From contig OY969801.1 in NCBI GenBank assembly GCA_963703225.1, positions 1 through 64,000 on the forward strand: DNA of 64,000 nucleotides, written 5' to 3'. Origin of the DNA: Candidatus Eiseniibacteriota bacterium. GTDB lineage: Bacteria; Eisenbacteria; RBG-16-71-46; SZUA-252. The notes under the pieces are model-generated. The model worked only from the letters and a program-made list of their open reading frames with translations, was not told where the DNA came from and did no database searches. Positions 20,046 to 30,190 of the stretch are shown piece by piece (positions within the stretch are counted from its first letter, which is position 1; each line of letters starts with the position of its first letter). The position numbers and the translations under genes were made by a program.

Positions 20046-22997
20046 CTAAGAAACCTTCGCTTCCTCCATCGCGGCCGCGACGGCCTCTTCGGGCGTCATC
20101 GCCAAGCCTTCCGACCACGCTCGGTCGAAGCTCTGGACCCCCAGAACCGATCGCGCCGAATCGAGCGCTTTCTGAATGATCTCCTGGTCCACGGGGGGGC
20201 GCGGGCAGCCGATCGACTTCCGCAGGGCCTCGACTGCGCCGAGCAGCCGCGCGGCCAACTCCATCCGGCCCTGCGCGCAAAGCGTCTCCACATACATTTC
20301 CAACCCTTCGGCGATGCTGCGGGGGTCCCCCAACTCAAGCCAGATCCCGAGACTCTCCCGGTGCATGGCGGCCGCTTCCTCGACCTCTCCATGGTACATG
20401 GTGACCTCAGCCAGATTTCCGAGCCGGCTGGCGATGCCCCACCTATCTCCAATTTCTCTCGAGATCTCGAGGCCCTCTTTGTAGAGCGAGATCGCACGCT
20501 CGATTTGTCGTTCGTTGGATGCGACCGCGCCCAAATTGTTGAGAATTCCCGCGACTGCCCACGGGCTCCCTATCTCTCTTTGAATGGTCAGGCTCTCCTC
20601 GAGAGCCTCGCGTGCGCGAACGAAGTCCCGCGTGTGCCGCGCCACATTTCCGAGCCCGCATAGACAGTCGGCTACCCTCAACTTGTCGCCGGTTTCTCTG
20701 CTGAGTTCGAGCCCTTTCTCATAGCTTGCGGCAGACTCGTCAAATCTCGCCTCCAACCATGCCAGTTCTCCCATAGCGACAAGCGCCCGCACCCGCACGT
20801 CGGCCGGAGCGTCAGGCGCCCGCTCCAGCAACTGCTTCAGCCGCGTCCGCCCCTCGCTCATGTAGCCGCGAACGCACCAAAATTTTCCAAGGGCGCCCGC
20901 CATGCGGAGCCCTTGAACGGCTCTCGGGCCGGTGTGAGCGCTCCGATCGAGCACCGCTCTGAAGTTATCGTGCTCACGCTCCAACGACTTCAACGTTTCC
21001 GCGAGATCGGGTCGCGGTTCCCGGAAGGTAGCCACGCTGAGGAAGTAGTCGCCGTGCCGATCGCGAATCACCTCCGCCTCGCCCGATTCCTCGAGTTTGT
21101 CACTGGCGTACTGGCGGACCGTTTCGAGAAAGCGGCACCGCATCTTCGAGGCTTGGTCCTCGACCAGGACGAGGGACTTTTCCACCAACTCCGTCATCAG
21201 GTCGAGAACGTCTCCCTGGTGGATTGCAACCCCCTGGCCACGCTGGTTCGGATCATCGACGCAGACCGCCTCCGCCGCCTCCACGCTCCAGCCTCCGGCG
21301 AACACCGAGAGGCGCTGAAGGAGCAGCCGCTCGGCATCGGTAAGCAGGTTGTAGCTCCAGTCGATCATCGCGCGAAGCGTCTGATGACGTGCGAGCGCGC
21401 CTCGTGGCCCGGCGGTCAAGAGTCGGAAGCTGTCGTCGAGACGTGTGGCGATCTGTTCGGGCGTGAGGAGCCTCACGCGGGCCGCCGCCAGCTCGATGGC
21501 GAGAGGGATGCCGTCCAGGCGGCGGCAAATTTGCGCCACCGCGATCGCGTTTCTCGGCGTCACCTCGAACGTCGGGACGACAACCGCCGCCCGCTCGGCG
21601 AAGAGGCGGATCGCCTCGTATTTCATGATCTCTTCCCCATGGCGTTCTGAATCGGGGACCGAGAGGGACGGGACACGACGCGAGATCTCACCCGGAATTC
21701 TGAGCGATTCGCGGCTCGTCGCCAGAATCCTCAGTCCCGGGCACGAGCGCACGAGGGTTTCGGCTGTTCGGGCCGCCGGTTCCAGGAGATGCTCGCAATT
21801 GTCGAGGACGATGAGAAGTTTTCGAGATGCCAATGTCTCCGAAAGCGTTTCGACGATCGGGCGCCCAGGCTGCTCCCGGATCGCGAGGCCCGCGGCGACG
21901 GTCTGTGGCACGAGCGTCGGATCGGATACGGGGGCCAGCTCCACCATCCAGACGCCGTCTGGATATTCCGCGCGAGTGGCGTCGGCCAGCTCGATGGCGA
22001 GCCGCGTCTTTCCGCAGCCCCCGGATCCTGTCAGCGTTAGCAAACGCCCCGTGGCGAGGCACCGTCGCCCTTCGACGATTTCGCTCTCCCGCCCGATAAA
22101 CCCGGTCTGGGGACGGGGAAGATTGCCGAGGCCCTCCGCGTCGCGCTGCGGTGCGGCAGCTTGGGCGCCTCCACGCAATTCAGCCATGATCTCTTCGGCG
22201 GATTGGTGGCGCTCGTCGGCGTTCTTCCGGAGGGCCTTGAGAACGATCGCCTCGAGCCGTGGCGAGAGAGACGGGTTGATGGCTCGCGGCGGCTCGGGGG
22301 CGCGGTGGAGGATTTCACCCGCGAGCGCCGCGGGCTGAATCTCACGAAAGGGGCGCTGTCCCGTCGCCATCTGGTAGAGCACCACGCCGAGAGCGTAGAG
22401 ATCCGTGCGCCCGTCGAGCGTCGCGCGCCGAAGTTGCTCCGGAGCCATGTAGGGGAGAGTCCCGGTCAACGCTCCCGCCCCCGTGAGGCTCTCGGTGGTC
22501 TCGTCCGCGCTCGCCGGCGCCGCCGACTTGGCGATACCAAAGTCGAGCACCTTTACCCGTCCACGCCTCGTCACCATGATGTTCCCGGGCTTGAGATCGC
22601 GATGGACGATCCCGTGCTCGTGGGCCTCCTGAAGCGCTTCGGCGATCTGGAGCGCCAAGTCCGTTAGCTCCTTCTCGGGTAGAGGCGCGTGGGATAGCTT
22701 GCTCGTCAGCGTCTCGCCGTGGACGAGCTCCATGACCAGGAAATCGACGCCGTCGTGACTGCCGAAATCGTAAATGGACGCGATGTTGGGGTGATTGATC
22801 TGCGAGAGCGCGAGGGCTTCGCTGCGGAGGCGCCGGCGCGCGTGGTCGTCGGCCACCGTTCCCGCCGGCAGGACCTTGAGCGCGACGTCCCGATGGAGGC
22901 GCTCGTCCCGGGCACGGTAGACCTCGCCCATTCCGCCCGCGCCGAGCGGTGCCGTGATCTCGAAGTGGGCGAGGCGTGTCCCGGATGCGAGCGCCAT
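20046..22997 (-). CDS. Ser/Thr kinase - NB-ARC/STAND ATPase - TPR protein
   Basis: Kinase motifs; FIGRESE, Walker A GSGGCGKT, Walker B LIVLDNCEH, LDGIPLAIELAAAR; C-terminal TPRs. Confidence 0.92.
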   Translation of the reverse strand: MALASGTRLAHFEITAPLGAGGMGEVYRARDERLHRDVALKVLPAGTVADDHARRRLRSEALALSQINHPNIASIYDFGSHDGVDFLVMELVHGETLTSKLSHAPLPEKELTDLALQIAEALQEAHEHGIVHRDLKPGNIMVTRRGRVKVLDFGIAKSAAPASADETTESLTGAGALTGTLPYMAPEQLRRATLDGRTDLYALGVVLYQMATGQRPFREIQPAALAGEILHRAPEPPRAINPSLSPRLEAIVLKALRKNADERHQSAEEIMAELRGGAQAAAPQRDAEGLGNLPRPQTGFIGRESEIVEGRRCLATGRLLTLTGSGGCGKTRLAIELADATRAEYPDGVWMVELAPVSDPTLVPQTVAAGLAIREQPGRPIVETLSETLASRKLLIVLDNCEHLLEPAARTAETLVRSCPGLRILATSRESLRIPGEISRRVPSLSVPDSERHGEEIMKYEAIRLFAERAAVVVPTFEVTPRNAIAVAQICRRLDGIPLAIELAAARVRLLTPEQIATRLDDSFRLLTAGPRGALARHQTLRAMIDWSYNLLTDAERLLLQRLSVFAGGWSVEAAEAVCVDDPNQRGQGVAIHQGDVLDLMTELVEKSLVLVEDQASKMRCRFLETVRQYASDKLEESGEAEVIRDRHGDYFLSVATFREPRPDLAETLKSLEREHDNFRAVLDRSAHTGPRAVQGLRMAGALGKFWCVRGYMSEGRTRLKQLLERAPDAPADVRVRALVAMGELAWLEARFDESAASYEKGLELSRETGDKLRVADCLCGLGNVARHTRDFVRAREALEESLTIQREIGSPWAVAGILNNLGAVASNERQIERAISLYKEGLEISREIGDRWGIASRLGNLAEVTMYHGEVEEAAAMHRESLGIWLELGDPRSIAEGLEMYVETLCAQGRMELAARLLGAVEALRKSIGCPRPPVDQEIIQKALDSARSVLGVQSFDRAWSEGLAMTPEEAVAAAMEEAKVS

Positions 22998-23290
22998 GGG
23001 GTAACTCTAAGCGCGCCAGCGCTCGAACGTCAGTCCAAGATGGGAAGTTCGGGGCGCCGCCCGCGTAACCCATTCAAGGACATTGACATTGGCCCTACAT
23101 GGTGCTCATTCGCATTTGCATCAGCTCTCTCGACCGTCATCCCCGCCGCGCCCAAAGCCGATCCGCTGCTGAAATCCGCCTGGGAGGCTTTCGTCTCGAA
23201 GCGCCGGGGTTCTCGGATTCCCGGCGATGGTGCTGTTGAGGTAGCGCCTACCTCGCTCCGTGCCCCCACGTAGGACCTCCTCTCAATCGT

Positions 23291-24491
23291 CTACTTCTTG
23301 AATCGCGCCGCCTCGTCCGAGCCGCCGGTCGCGTTGCCGGCGCTGTAGGAGTGCGCCCCCGTTCCGGCCAGCTCGCCGCCGGAGACGATCAGGTACTCGT
23401 CGCGGATCGGACGCTTCTCGAACCAACACTCTAGAATCTCGCGCACCCCGGCCGCGTAGCGCGCTTGGGCCGACAGGCTCGTCCCCGACACATGCGGCGT
23501 CATCCCATGGTTCGGCATCGTCCGCCAGGGGTGGTCCTTGGGAGGCGGCTGCGGGAACCAGACGTCGCCGGCGTATCCCGCGAGTTGCCCGCTCTTCAGG
23601 GCCTTGGCGATCGCGTCGCGATCGCAGATCTTGCCCCGCGCGGTGTTCACGAGGTAGGCGCCGCGCTTCATCTTGGCGATGAGCGCGTCGTTGAAGAGGT
23701 GCTCGGTCTCCGGATGGAGCGGCGTATTGATCGTGACCACGTCGCAGACCTTCACGAGCGACTCTGCGTTCGGGTGGAAGGTCAGGTTCAGCTCCTGCTC
23801 GACGCCCGTCCCCAAACGGTGCCGATCGGTGTAGTGGAGCTTCACGTCGAAGGGCGCGAGCCGGCGGAGGACCGCGGAGCCGATCCGCCCGGCGCCCACC
23901 GTGCCGACCGCCATCCCCTCCAGATCGTAGGAACGGGCGACGCAGTCGGCGATGTTCCAGCCGCCCTTGATCACCCATTGGTATGACGGGATGTAGTTTC
24001 GCACCAGCGCAAGGATCATCATCACGACGTGCTCCGACACGCTGATGCTGTTGCAGTAGGTGACCTCGGCCACGGTCATGCCCCGGTCGATCGCGGCCTG
24101 AAGATCGACGTGATCCGATCCGATGCCCGCCGTGATGGCGAGCTTCAGCTTCGGAGCCTTCGCGATCCGCTCCGCGGTCAGGTAGGCCGGCCAGAACGGC
24201 TGCGAGATCACGATCTCCGCGTCCGGCAGCTCGCGATCGAATGTGGAGTTGGCGCCATCCTTGTCGGAGGTGACGACCAGCTTGTGGCCCAGCGATTCGA
24301 GAAACTTGCGCAACCCAAGCTCACCGGAGACGCTGCCGAGGAGCTGGCCCGGCTTGAAATCGATCGCCTTCGGAGTCGGGACGGTCTGGCCGTCGGGGTA
24401 GCGATCGATCTTGGGAATTCCGGGGAGGGCGTAGGACTTCGGATAACCATCGATGGGGTCGTCGTAGAGAACGCAAGAGGACCTTCGCCAT
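23291..24491 (-). CDS. fdh: NAD-dependent formate dehydrogenase (+1 frameshift near codon 6)
   Basis: Removing one T near 24475 gives MAKVLCVLYDDP...; motifs SQPFW, AGIGSDH, YCNSISV, GAGRIG, WFPQP, TPHVSG. Span is 1201 nt (400 codons + 1). Confidence 0.93.
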
Positions 24492-24546
24492 ATTCGTTAC
24501 TCCTCATCTGAGGGGCGTTCGGGGATGAAACTGCGGTCGACTGATA

Positions 24547-25893
24547 CTACTCGTTTTTTCGCGGTGGGCGTAGCGTTCCCGAAGCCACTTCCCGACGCGC
24601 CGCCATCCCCGCCGCGCGCCCCGTAGACCACGCCCATGCGAAGTTGTAGCCGCCGATGGGGCCGAAGGCGTCGAGGATCTCGCCGCAGAGGTAAAGCCCT
24701 GGGTGGAGACGACTTTCGAGTGTGCGCGGATCGATCTCGTTGAGGGCCACGCCGCCGCCCGTGACCTCGGCGCGCTTGTAGCCCTCGTCCCCGGTCCAGG
24801 GGAGGCGATGGTGGGTCAGCGCTTCGACGACCCGCAGGCGTTCCTCGCGCGAGAGTTGCGAGAGCGGCTTCGCACCATCGACGCGAGCGTCTTCGAGGAG
24901 CGCCTCCGCAAGTCGTGCCGGGAGTTGACGCCGAGCTGCGGTGAGCACGGTGCCTTCTCCCTCGCGGAGTGCATCGTCCCAAGCTTTCGCATCGCGCTCT
25001 GTCCATCGGACGAAGATCTCCTGGGGTGGGCCGCCTTCTCGTTTCGAGAGTGTGGCGAGGTGCGAGAGATTCAGCACCGATGGCCCGCTGTAGCCTTTGT
25101 GGGTGAAGAGGAACCCGCCGCGCGTTGTGAATTTTCGCTTCGGCCCCGGAGCTTCCAGTGTGACGGGAAGCGAGACACCCGAGAGCGCGGCGTATCGATG
25201 CGGCGTCGCGGTGAGCGGGGTCAGAGCTGGATAGGTGTCGTGGATCGTGTGGCCCAGACGGCGCACGATATCGATGCCGGTGCCGTCGCTCCCCGTCGCG
25301 GGTATGGAGAGCCCGCCGGTCGCGATGATGACCCGAGAGGCGAGGAGGGCGCTCGCGTTCGAGAGTTTGACTCGCCAGCGGGTCACTCCGTCGGGTGCTC
25401 CGCCGCTGCTTATTCCACTATCTCCGCCCCGCGTGGCACCCTGAGGCTCGAGCCCCGTGACGTAGGTGTCAAACCGCATCTCGACCCCGTTCCGCTCGGC
25501 CATCGCGCGCAGCCGGTCGCGAACGTCCTTTGCCTTGTTCGATATCGGGAAGAGCTTCCCGGTCTCTTCCTCGAGGGCGAGCGGCATCCCGAGATCTTCC
25601 TCGAAGAAACGCCGCTGCTCGCGGAGCGGCCAGGCAAGGAGAAGCTTCTTGAGGGTGTTGGGGGAGGAGGCTGTGACGAACCGCGCGGGGTCGATCTCGG
25701 AAGGGAGGACGTTGCAGCGCCCTCCCCCGCTCATGAGGATTTTTCTGCCGCCGTCGTGGGTGCGTTCGATCAGGATGACGCGGCGCGAGCCACCTGCGCG
25801 GCCGGCAGCCCCGCCTTCCGGGCCGCCCGCGGCGAAAATCGCGGCCATGAAGCCGGCCGCGCCCGCGCCTATCACGACGATCGGGTCTTCCAT
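24547..25893 (-). CDS. HI0933/BaiN-family NAD(P)/FAD-dependent oxidoreductase
   Basis: VIGAGAAG, GRKILMSGGGRCN, ATGGLS, LFTHKGYSGP, GPIGGYN. Confidence 0.92.
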   Translation of the reverse strand: MEDPIVVIGAGAAGFMAAIFAAGGPEGGAAGRAGGSRRVILIERTHDGGRKILMSGGGRCNVLPSEIDPARFVTASSPNTLKKLLLAWPLREQRRFFEEDLGMPLALEEETGKLFPISNKAKDVRDRLRAMAERNGVEMRFDTYVTGLEPQGATRGGDSGISSGGAPDGVTRWRVKLSNASALLASRVIIATGGLSIPATGSDGTGIDIVRRLGHTIHDTYPALTPLTATPHRYAALSGVSLPVTLEAPGPKRKFTTRGGFLFTHKGYSGPSVLNLSHLATLSKREGGPPQEIFVRWTERDAKAWDDALREGEGTVLTAARRQLPARLAEALLEDARVDGAKPLSQLSREERLRVVEALTHHRLPWTGDEGYKRAEVTGGGVALNEIDPRTLESRLHPGLYLCGEILDAFGPIGGYNFAWAWSTGRAAGMAARREVASGTLRPPRKNE

Positions 25894-25966
25894 TCGCCCG
25901 GACGGTGCTGCCGCGAAACTCAACTCGAGCCGAGGTTCCTAACGATCACCCCGACGCTTCCCTCGG

Positions 25967-26659
25967 CTAGTCGCCGCCCAACTTATACGCCAGGCCCAGG
26001 CTGATCTCGCCGCTGCTATACCAATTCGAGCTGTAGGCGTAGCAGAAACCGTAGAAGTCGCAGTAAACACCGCTGCTCGTACTGAAATTGGTTTCCGCCG
26101 CGCGGTACCGGCCGTCGAGCCGGAGCGCGACCTTTTCGCTCATGTCGTACTTGCTTCCAATTCCGATGTTCCACGCGAATTGGGTCTTCGAAGGGGACCC
26201 GCTCACGGTTTTCGTGTCGACGTCGAATGTGGTTGCTCCGAAACCCAGCGTAAAGAATCCGGTCGCCTTCGGATTCCCCATGTGCCGTTGGGTGAAGACG
26301 AAATTTCCGTCCCACTGCTCGACCGTGAGCTGGCCGAGGGGCGTGTCCTTGGGGAAGAGGGTTGAATACGACCTAATTGTCAAATCAGAGGTGGCGCGTC
26401 CGTAGGAGCCTTCAATGCCAAGGCGGGAGTTGGGATAAAATCCGAGCCTGCCACCGTAGATGACCGAGTTGTTGATTCCAATCTGAGCGTTGGCCGCAGT
26501 GTAGAGATCGCTTGCGATGTACCAGCCTCCGAACGGGGTGAGCTCGATCTTCTTCTGCTCGCCGTACTGAGCGAAAGCCGCCGACGCTGACATTGCCATG
26601 ATCGCGACTGTGAGAAGCAGTGCGCGGGCGCCTGAAAGCGCCGATGGGAGCCGAGCCAT
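25967..26659 (-). CDS. Outer membrane beta-barrel protein
   Basis: Signal peptide (AAFA-Q), amphipathic strands, C-terminal ISLGLAYKL; SD GAAGGAG. Confidence 0.82.
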   Translation of the reverse strand: MARLPSALSGARALLLTVAIMAMSASAAFAQYGEQKKIELTPFGGWYIASDLYTAANAQIGINNSVIYGGRLGFYPNSRLGIEGSYGRATSDLTIRSYSTLFPKDTPLGQLTVEQWDGNFVFTQRHMGNPKATGFFTLGFGATTFDVDTKTVSGSPSKTQFAWNIGIGSKYDMSEKVALRLDGRYRAAETNFSTSSGVYCDFYGFCYAYSSNWYSSGEISLGLAYKLGGD

Positions 26660-26803
26660 AGTCTCTCCTTCGGGAATTTGGGTGCGGTAGGCCGTTGTCT
26701 CTACCCCTAGACCGGTCGCAGGCAAGATACCGCATTCAGGATTGAGAATGATAGGCTTCGATTTCAGTGGTCGCGATCGGACCAGTCGCGCGGCGACATC
26801 GAA

Positions 26804-28750
26804 TCAGGGAGCGGCGCCTTCGGGCAGCCCCAACTGTCGTAGGTATGCCGGACGCACCGTCGCTCCCCGCCGCTGGGCCTCCCGTGCGTCGTTTTGCGCA
26901 CGACCGAGATCGCCCAAGCCGGCGTAGGCGAGGCTTCGGTTGAGGTAGTAGCCCGCAATCCGAGGATCGGTATATGGGACGCCGCGAATCGCCGCATCGT
27001 GCTCGGCGACCGCTTCGCCGTAGCGGTCAAGCGCCTGCAAGCTCTGGCCGATCGCATCGTGGAGCGCGTGATTCTCAGGGTTTCCCGGATCGATCGCGAT
27101 GGCCCGCCGCGAATCCGCGATCGCCGATTCATACTCGTGGAGCATGTAGTACGCCACCGCGCGATTCTCGCAGGGGTCCCGGTACTGAGGCGCGGCGGCG
27201 ATCGAGCGGGTGAAGTCGGCGATCGCTCCCGCAAGATCGCCTCTCCGCGCCTTGATCACGCCCCGGTCGTTCAGGGCATCGGCCAGATCCGGTTTCAGCG
27301 CGATCGCGCGATCGACGCATAGGTACGCCGAGTCCGCGCGGCCCAGCTCCGCCATGAGCGCTCCCTTGTTCGCCCAAACGTGCGGAGCCTGGGGGTTGAT
27401 TGCCAGCGCTTCATCGTAGTCCATCATCGCGGCGGCCGGCTGCCCGAGGGTGCGGTGGTAATAGATCCCACGAAGGAAATAGGCGTCGAAAACCCGGTGG
27501 GGATACTTCTGGATGGTGTCGCGCCAGAGCGTCTCGGAGTTTTGCCACACGTCGCACCGCTTCCACGTCTGAAACAGGCAAACGGGGACCAGAAGCAGGA
27601 GCAGGCCCGCGGCGAAGGTCTTCGCCAGACTGCCCGTCGCGAGGGGGTCCCGTTCCCCATCCATCCAAGCCGACAGCGCGAAGAGCAGTCCGATATAGGG
27701 CAGATACGTGTATCGATCCGCCATCAAAGCGTGGCCGAACGTGAAGAGCTGGGTCACCAGGGCGATGTTGATGACGAAGAACAGGAGGCCGAAAAGGACC
27801 GGACGATTGCGGCGGGCGATGAAGACGGCCGCGAGCAGCAACACGATGAGAATGGCAAACGCCAAATAGAACTCCCCGCCGAGCTGGACCATATTTCGCC
27901 TCGGATAGGGATAGATCGCCGAAAGACCGAACGGAGCGATGAGCTTCACGACGTACATGACCGTGCCGTAGCTAGCGAGGAGCACCCGCTTGAAGGGCGT
28001 CCAATACGCCGCGCCGGTCAGGGCGCCGGCGGACTCCTGAGCATGGATGGTGAGAAGGCCGATGGCGATGGAGATCGCGACAAAGGGCACCTTCTCGAGC
28101 ACGACGCCGAGGCTGAAAGGCCGGCGGCGATACCAATCGATCGCCAGGAGGGTGGCCGGGAACACCACGGCCGCGGGTTTGGACCCGACGGACAGGATGA
28201 ACGCCGCGAGCGTCGCGAGGAGCCATGCCCGACGCTTCGTGTCGAGATAGCGCAGGTAGGTCAGGAGACCGAGGAGGTAGAAGAAGGCAAAGAGCGCATC
28301 CTTGCGCTCGGCGATCCAGGCTACGGATTCGACGTGCATGGGATGGATGCCAAAGAAGAGGCTGGTCACGAGGGCCGCCCAAAGGGCGCCTCCGGTGAGT
28401 TTTCGGATAAAGAGAAACGTGAGGGCGGTGTTCGCCAGGTGGAGCAGGAGGCTGAGCCAGTGATAGGAAGCCGGATGGAGCTGAGAGAGCTGGTAGTTCA
28501 AAGCGAGAGACCACATGGTCACGGGATGGTAGTTTCCGTTGACGGGAGTGGTTAGGATGGCATGAAAGCTCGGACGGGCCAGAAGAAGGTTCTCGGTCAC
28601 GTAGACCGTGTCGTCCCAGTTCGTGAAGTCGTTGTCGAGGCTGGGTAGGTACGCGACGAAGGTGAGGGCCAGGACCGCGACGAGCCAGATCCACCAGCGG
28701 CCTTCCGTCGGCGGGGACGCCGACGGGGGGCCCTTCGACTTCCGCGGCAT
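26804..28750 (-). CDS. TMTC-like GT-C glycosyltransferase with C-terminal TPRs
   Basis: FTNWDD..YV, HPMHVESVAWIAERKD, ADRYTY, VWQNSETLW; multi-TM followed by TPRs. Start uncertain. Confidence 0.85.
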   Translation of the reverse strand: MPRKSKGPPSASPPTEGRWWIWLVAVLALTFVAYLPSLDNDFTNWDDTVYVTENLLLARPSFHAILTTPVNGNYHPVTMWSLALNYQLSQLHPASYHWLSLLLHLANTALTFLFIRKLTGGALWAALVTSLFFGIHPMHVESVAWIAERKDALFAFFYLLGLLTYLRYLDTKRRAWLLATLAAFILSVGSKPAAVVFPATLLAIDWYRRRPFSLGVVLEKVPFVAISIAIGLLTIHAQESAGALTGAAYWTPFKRVLLASYGTVMYVVKLIAPFGLSAIYPYPRRNMVQLGGEFYLAFAILIVLLLAAVFIARRNRPVLFGLLFFVINIALVTQLFTFGHALMADRYTYLPYIGLLFALSAWMDGERDPLATGSLAKTFAAGLLLLLVPVCLFQTWKRCDVWQNSETLWRDTIQKYPHRVFDAYFLRGIYYHRTLGQPAAAMMDYDEALAINPQAPHVWANKGALMAELGRADSAYLCVDRAIALKPDLADALNDRGVIKARRGDLAGAIADFTRSIAAAPQYRDPCENRAVAYYMLHEYESAIADSRRAIAIDPGNPENHALHDAIGQSLQALDRYGEAVAEHDAAIRGVPYTDPRIAGYYLNRSLAYAGLGDLGRAQNDAREAQRRGATVRPAYLRQLGLPEGAAP

Positions 28751-28903
28751 TACCGGAGGCGAGGCCTTGCGGCGACCTTTGTCGGCGGGCTGCCCCGCGG
28801 GGGCTACCATCGGACCGAAGAGTATATCGGTGAGCTGATTCGGGCGGCAATCGCGCGTTAGGGAATGCAGCCGCTCGGGGTCCATACGCCATGGGAGGTC
28901 ACG

Positions 28904-30136
28904 ATGAATCGTTTTCCTAGGCTCGCTTCGATCCTTGCGTCAGGCCTCGCGCTGGCCGTCTGCCTCGCCGCATCGGTCGCGGATGCCGGTCCCTTCGACA
29001 AGCTAAAGAAGTCGGCCGAGAAGACGGCATCGGGCGAAGCCGACAAGGCGAAGGGGACCGCCGACACCCCCAAGGGTGAGCCGACCGGCAAAGGCACCGC
29101 CGAGGAGGAGTCGGGCCAGGCGGGTTCGGGATCGACAAAGGCCCCGTCATCCGGTGCCGGCGACAAAGTCTCGACCGTCTCCACCAGGTTCGATTATGTC
29201 CCGGGCGACAGCGTGATGTTCTTCGATGATTTCACCCAGGACGAGCTGGGCGAATTCCCCGCGCGCTGGCGCCTGGTCCAGGGCACGTACGAGGTCGCCG
29301 AATTTGAAGGGGAGCGCTGGCTAAGGTGCGTCAGCGATGACAGCCGGATTCGCATGAAGATCCCGAAGCTAGCCGAGTTGCCCGAGTTCTGGACGCTGGA
29401 ATTCGATATCTATTGCACGGAGCCGATGGATCAGGCGTACACGGTGACCGCTCTCAACGGCGCGGAGTCGAAGGTCTGGGAGGCGGCGTATCCCTCGGGG
29501 CTCGCGTTCATTTTCCGCACCGGAGATATCTTTTCCAGCACTCCCTATGAGGGCGCGAGCATCGGCGGCCGACACCACGTGATGGTCATGGCGCGCGGCA
29601 CCGCGGTCAAGGTGTACATCGACCGCCAGCGCGTGGCGAGCGTTCCGGAATATTCGGACGCGGGCGGTAAGCCCACCCAGCTCGAATTCCGCCTTTGGGC
29701 CACGACCAAGCCGATGATGACGAACGTGCGATTGGCCGAGGGCTGCCGCCCGCCAAAGGACATGCTGGCGGAGGGCAAGCTCGTTTCGTACGGGATCCGG
29801 TTCGAGACCGGCTCCGACGTGGTCCAGCCCGAGTCGGCCCCCACATTGAGGCAGATCGCCGCCTATCTCGAATCGAAGCCCGACGTGAAGCTCAAGATCA
29901 CGGGCCACACCGACAACGTCGGCTCCGCGGAGAGCAATCTCGACCTCTCCAAGCGCCGCGCGGCGTCCGTGGCCAAGGTTCTCTCTACGGAGTTCAAGAT
30001 CGCGGGGGATCGCTTCCAAACCGACGGCAAGGGCGACACGCAGCCCCTCTCCAGCAACTCCAAGCCCGAGGGGCGCGCCATGAACCGGCGCGTGGAGTTC
30101 GCGAAGGCCAATGGTTCATCGGGAGCGTCGCGATAG
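28904..30136 (+). CDS. OmpA family protein
   Basis: Signal peptide; FDDF..GEFPARW; C-terminal ITGHTDNVG, NLDLSKRRA, NRRVEF. Confidence 0.92.
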   Translation: MNRFPRLASILASGLALAVCLAASVADAGPFDKLKKSAEKTASGEADKAKGTADTPKGEPTGKGTAEEESGQAGSGSTKAPSSGAGDKVSTVSTRFDYVPGDSVMFFDDFTQDELGEFPARWRLVQGTYEVAEFEGERWLRCVSDDSRIRMKIPKLAELPEFWTLEFDIYCTEPMDQAYTVTALNGAESKVWEAAYPSGLAFIFRTGDIFSSTPYEGASIGGRHHVMVMARGTAVKVYIDRQRVASVPEYSDAGGKPTQLEFRLWATTKPMMTNVRLAEGCRPPKDMLAEGKLVSYGIRFETGSDVVQPESAPTLRQIAAYLESKPDVKLKITGHTDNVGSAESNLDLSKRRAASVAKVLSTEFKIAGDRFQTDGKGDTQPLSSNSKPEGRAMNRRVEFAKANGSSGASR

Positions 30137-30151
30137 ACACGCCGTCGAGAG

Positions 30152-30180
30152 GTGGCGCCCCATGACGGGGCCGGCGCCAC
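30152..30180. terminator. GC-rich hairpin between convergent genes
   Basis: GTGGCGCC...GGCGCCAC stem; no U-tract. Confidence 0.3.
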
Positions 30181-30190
30181 GCGAGGGGCG

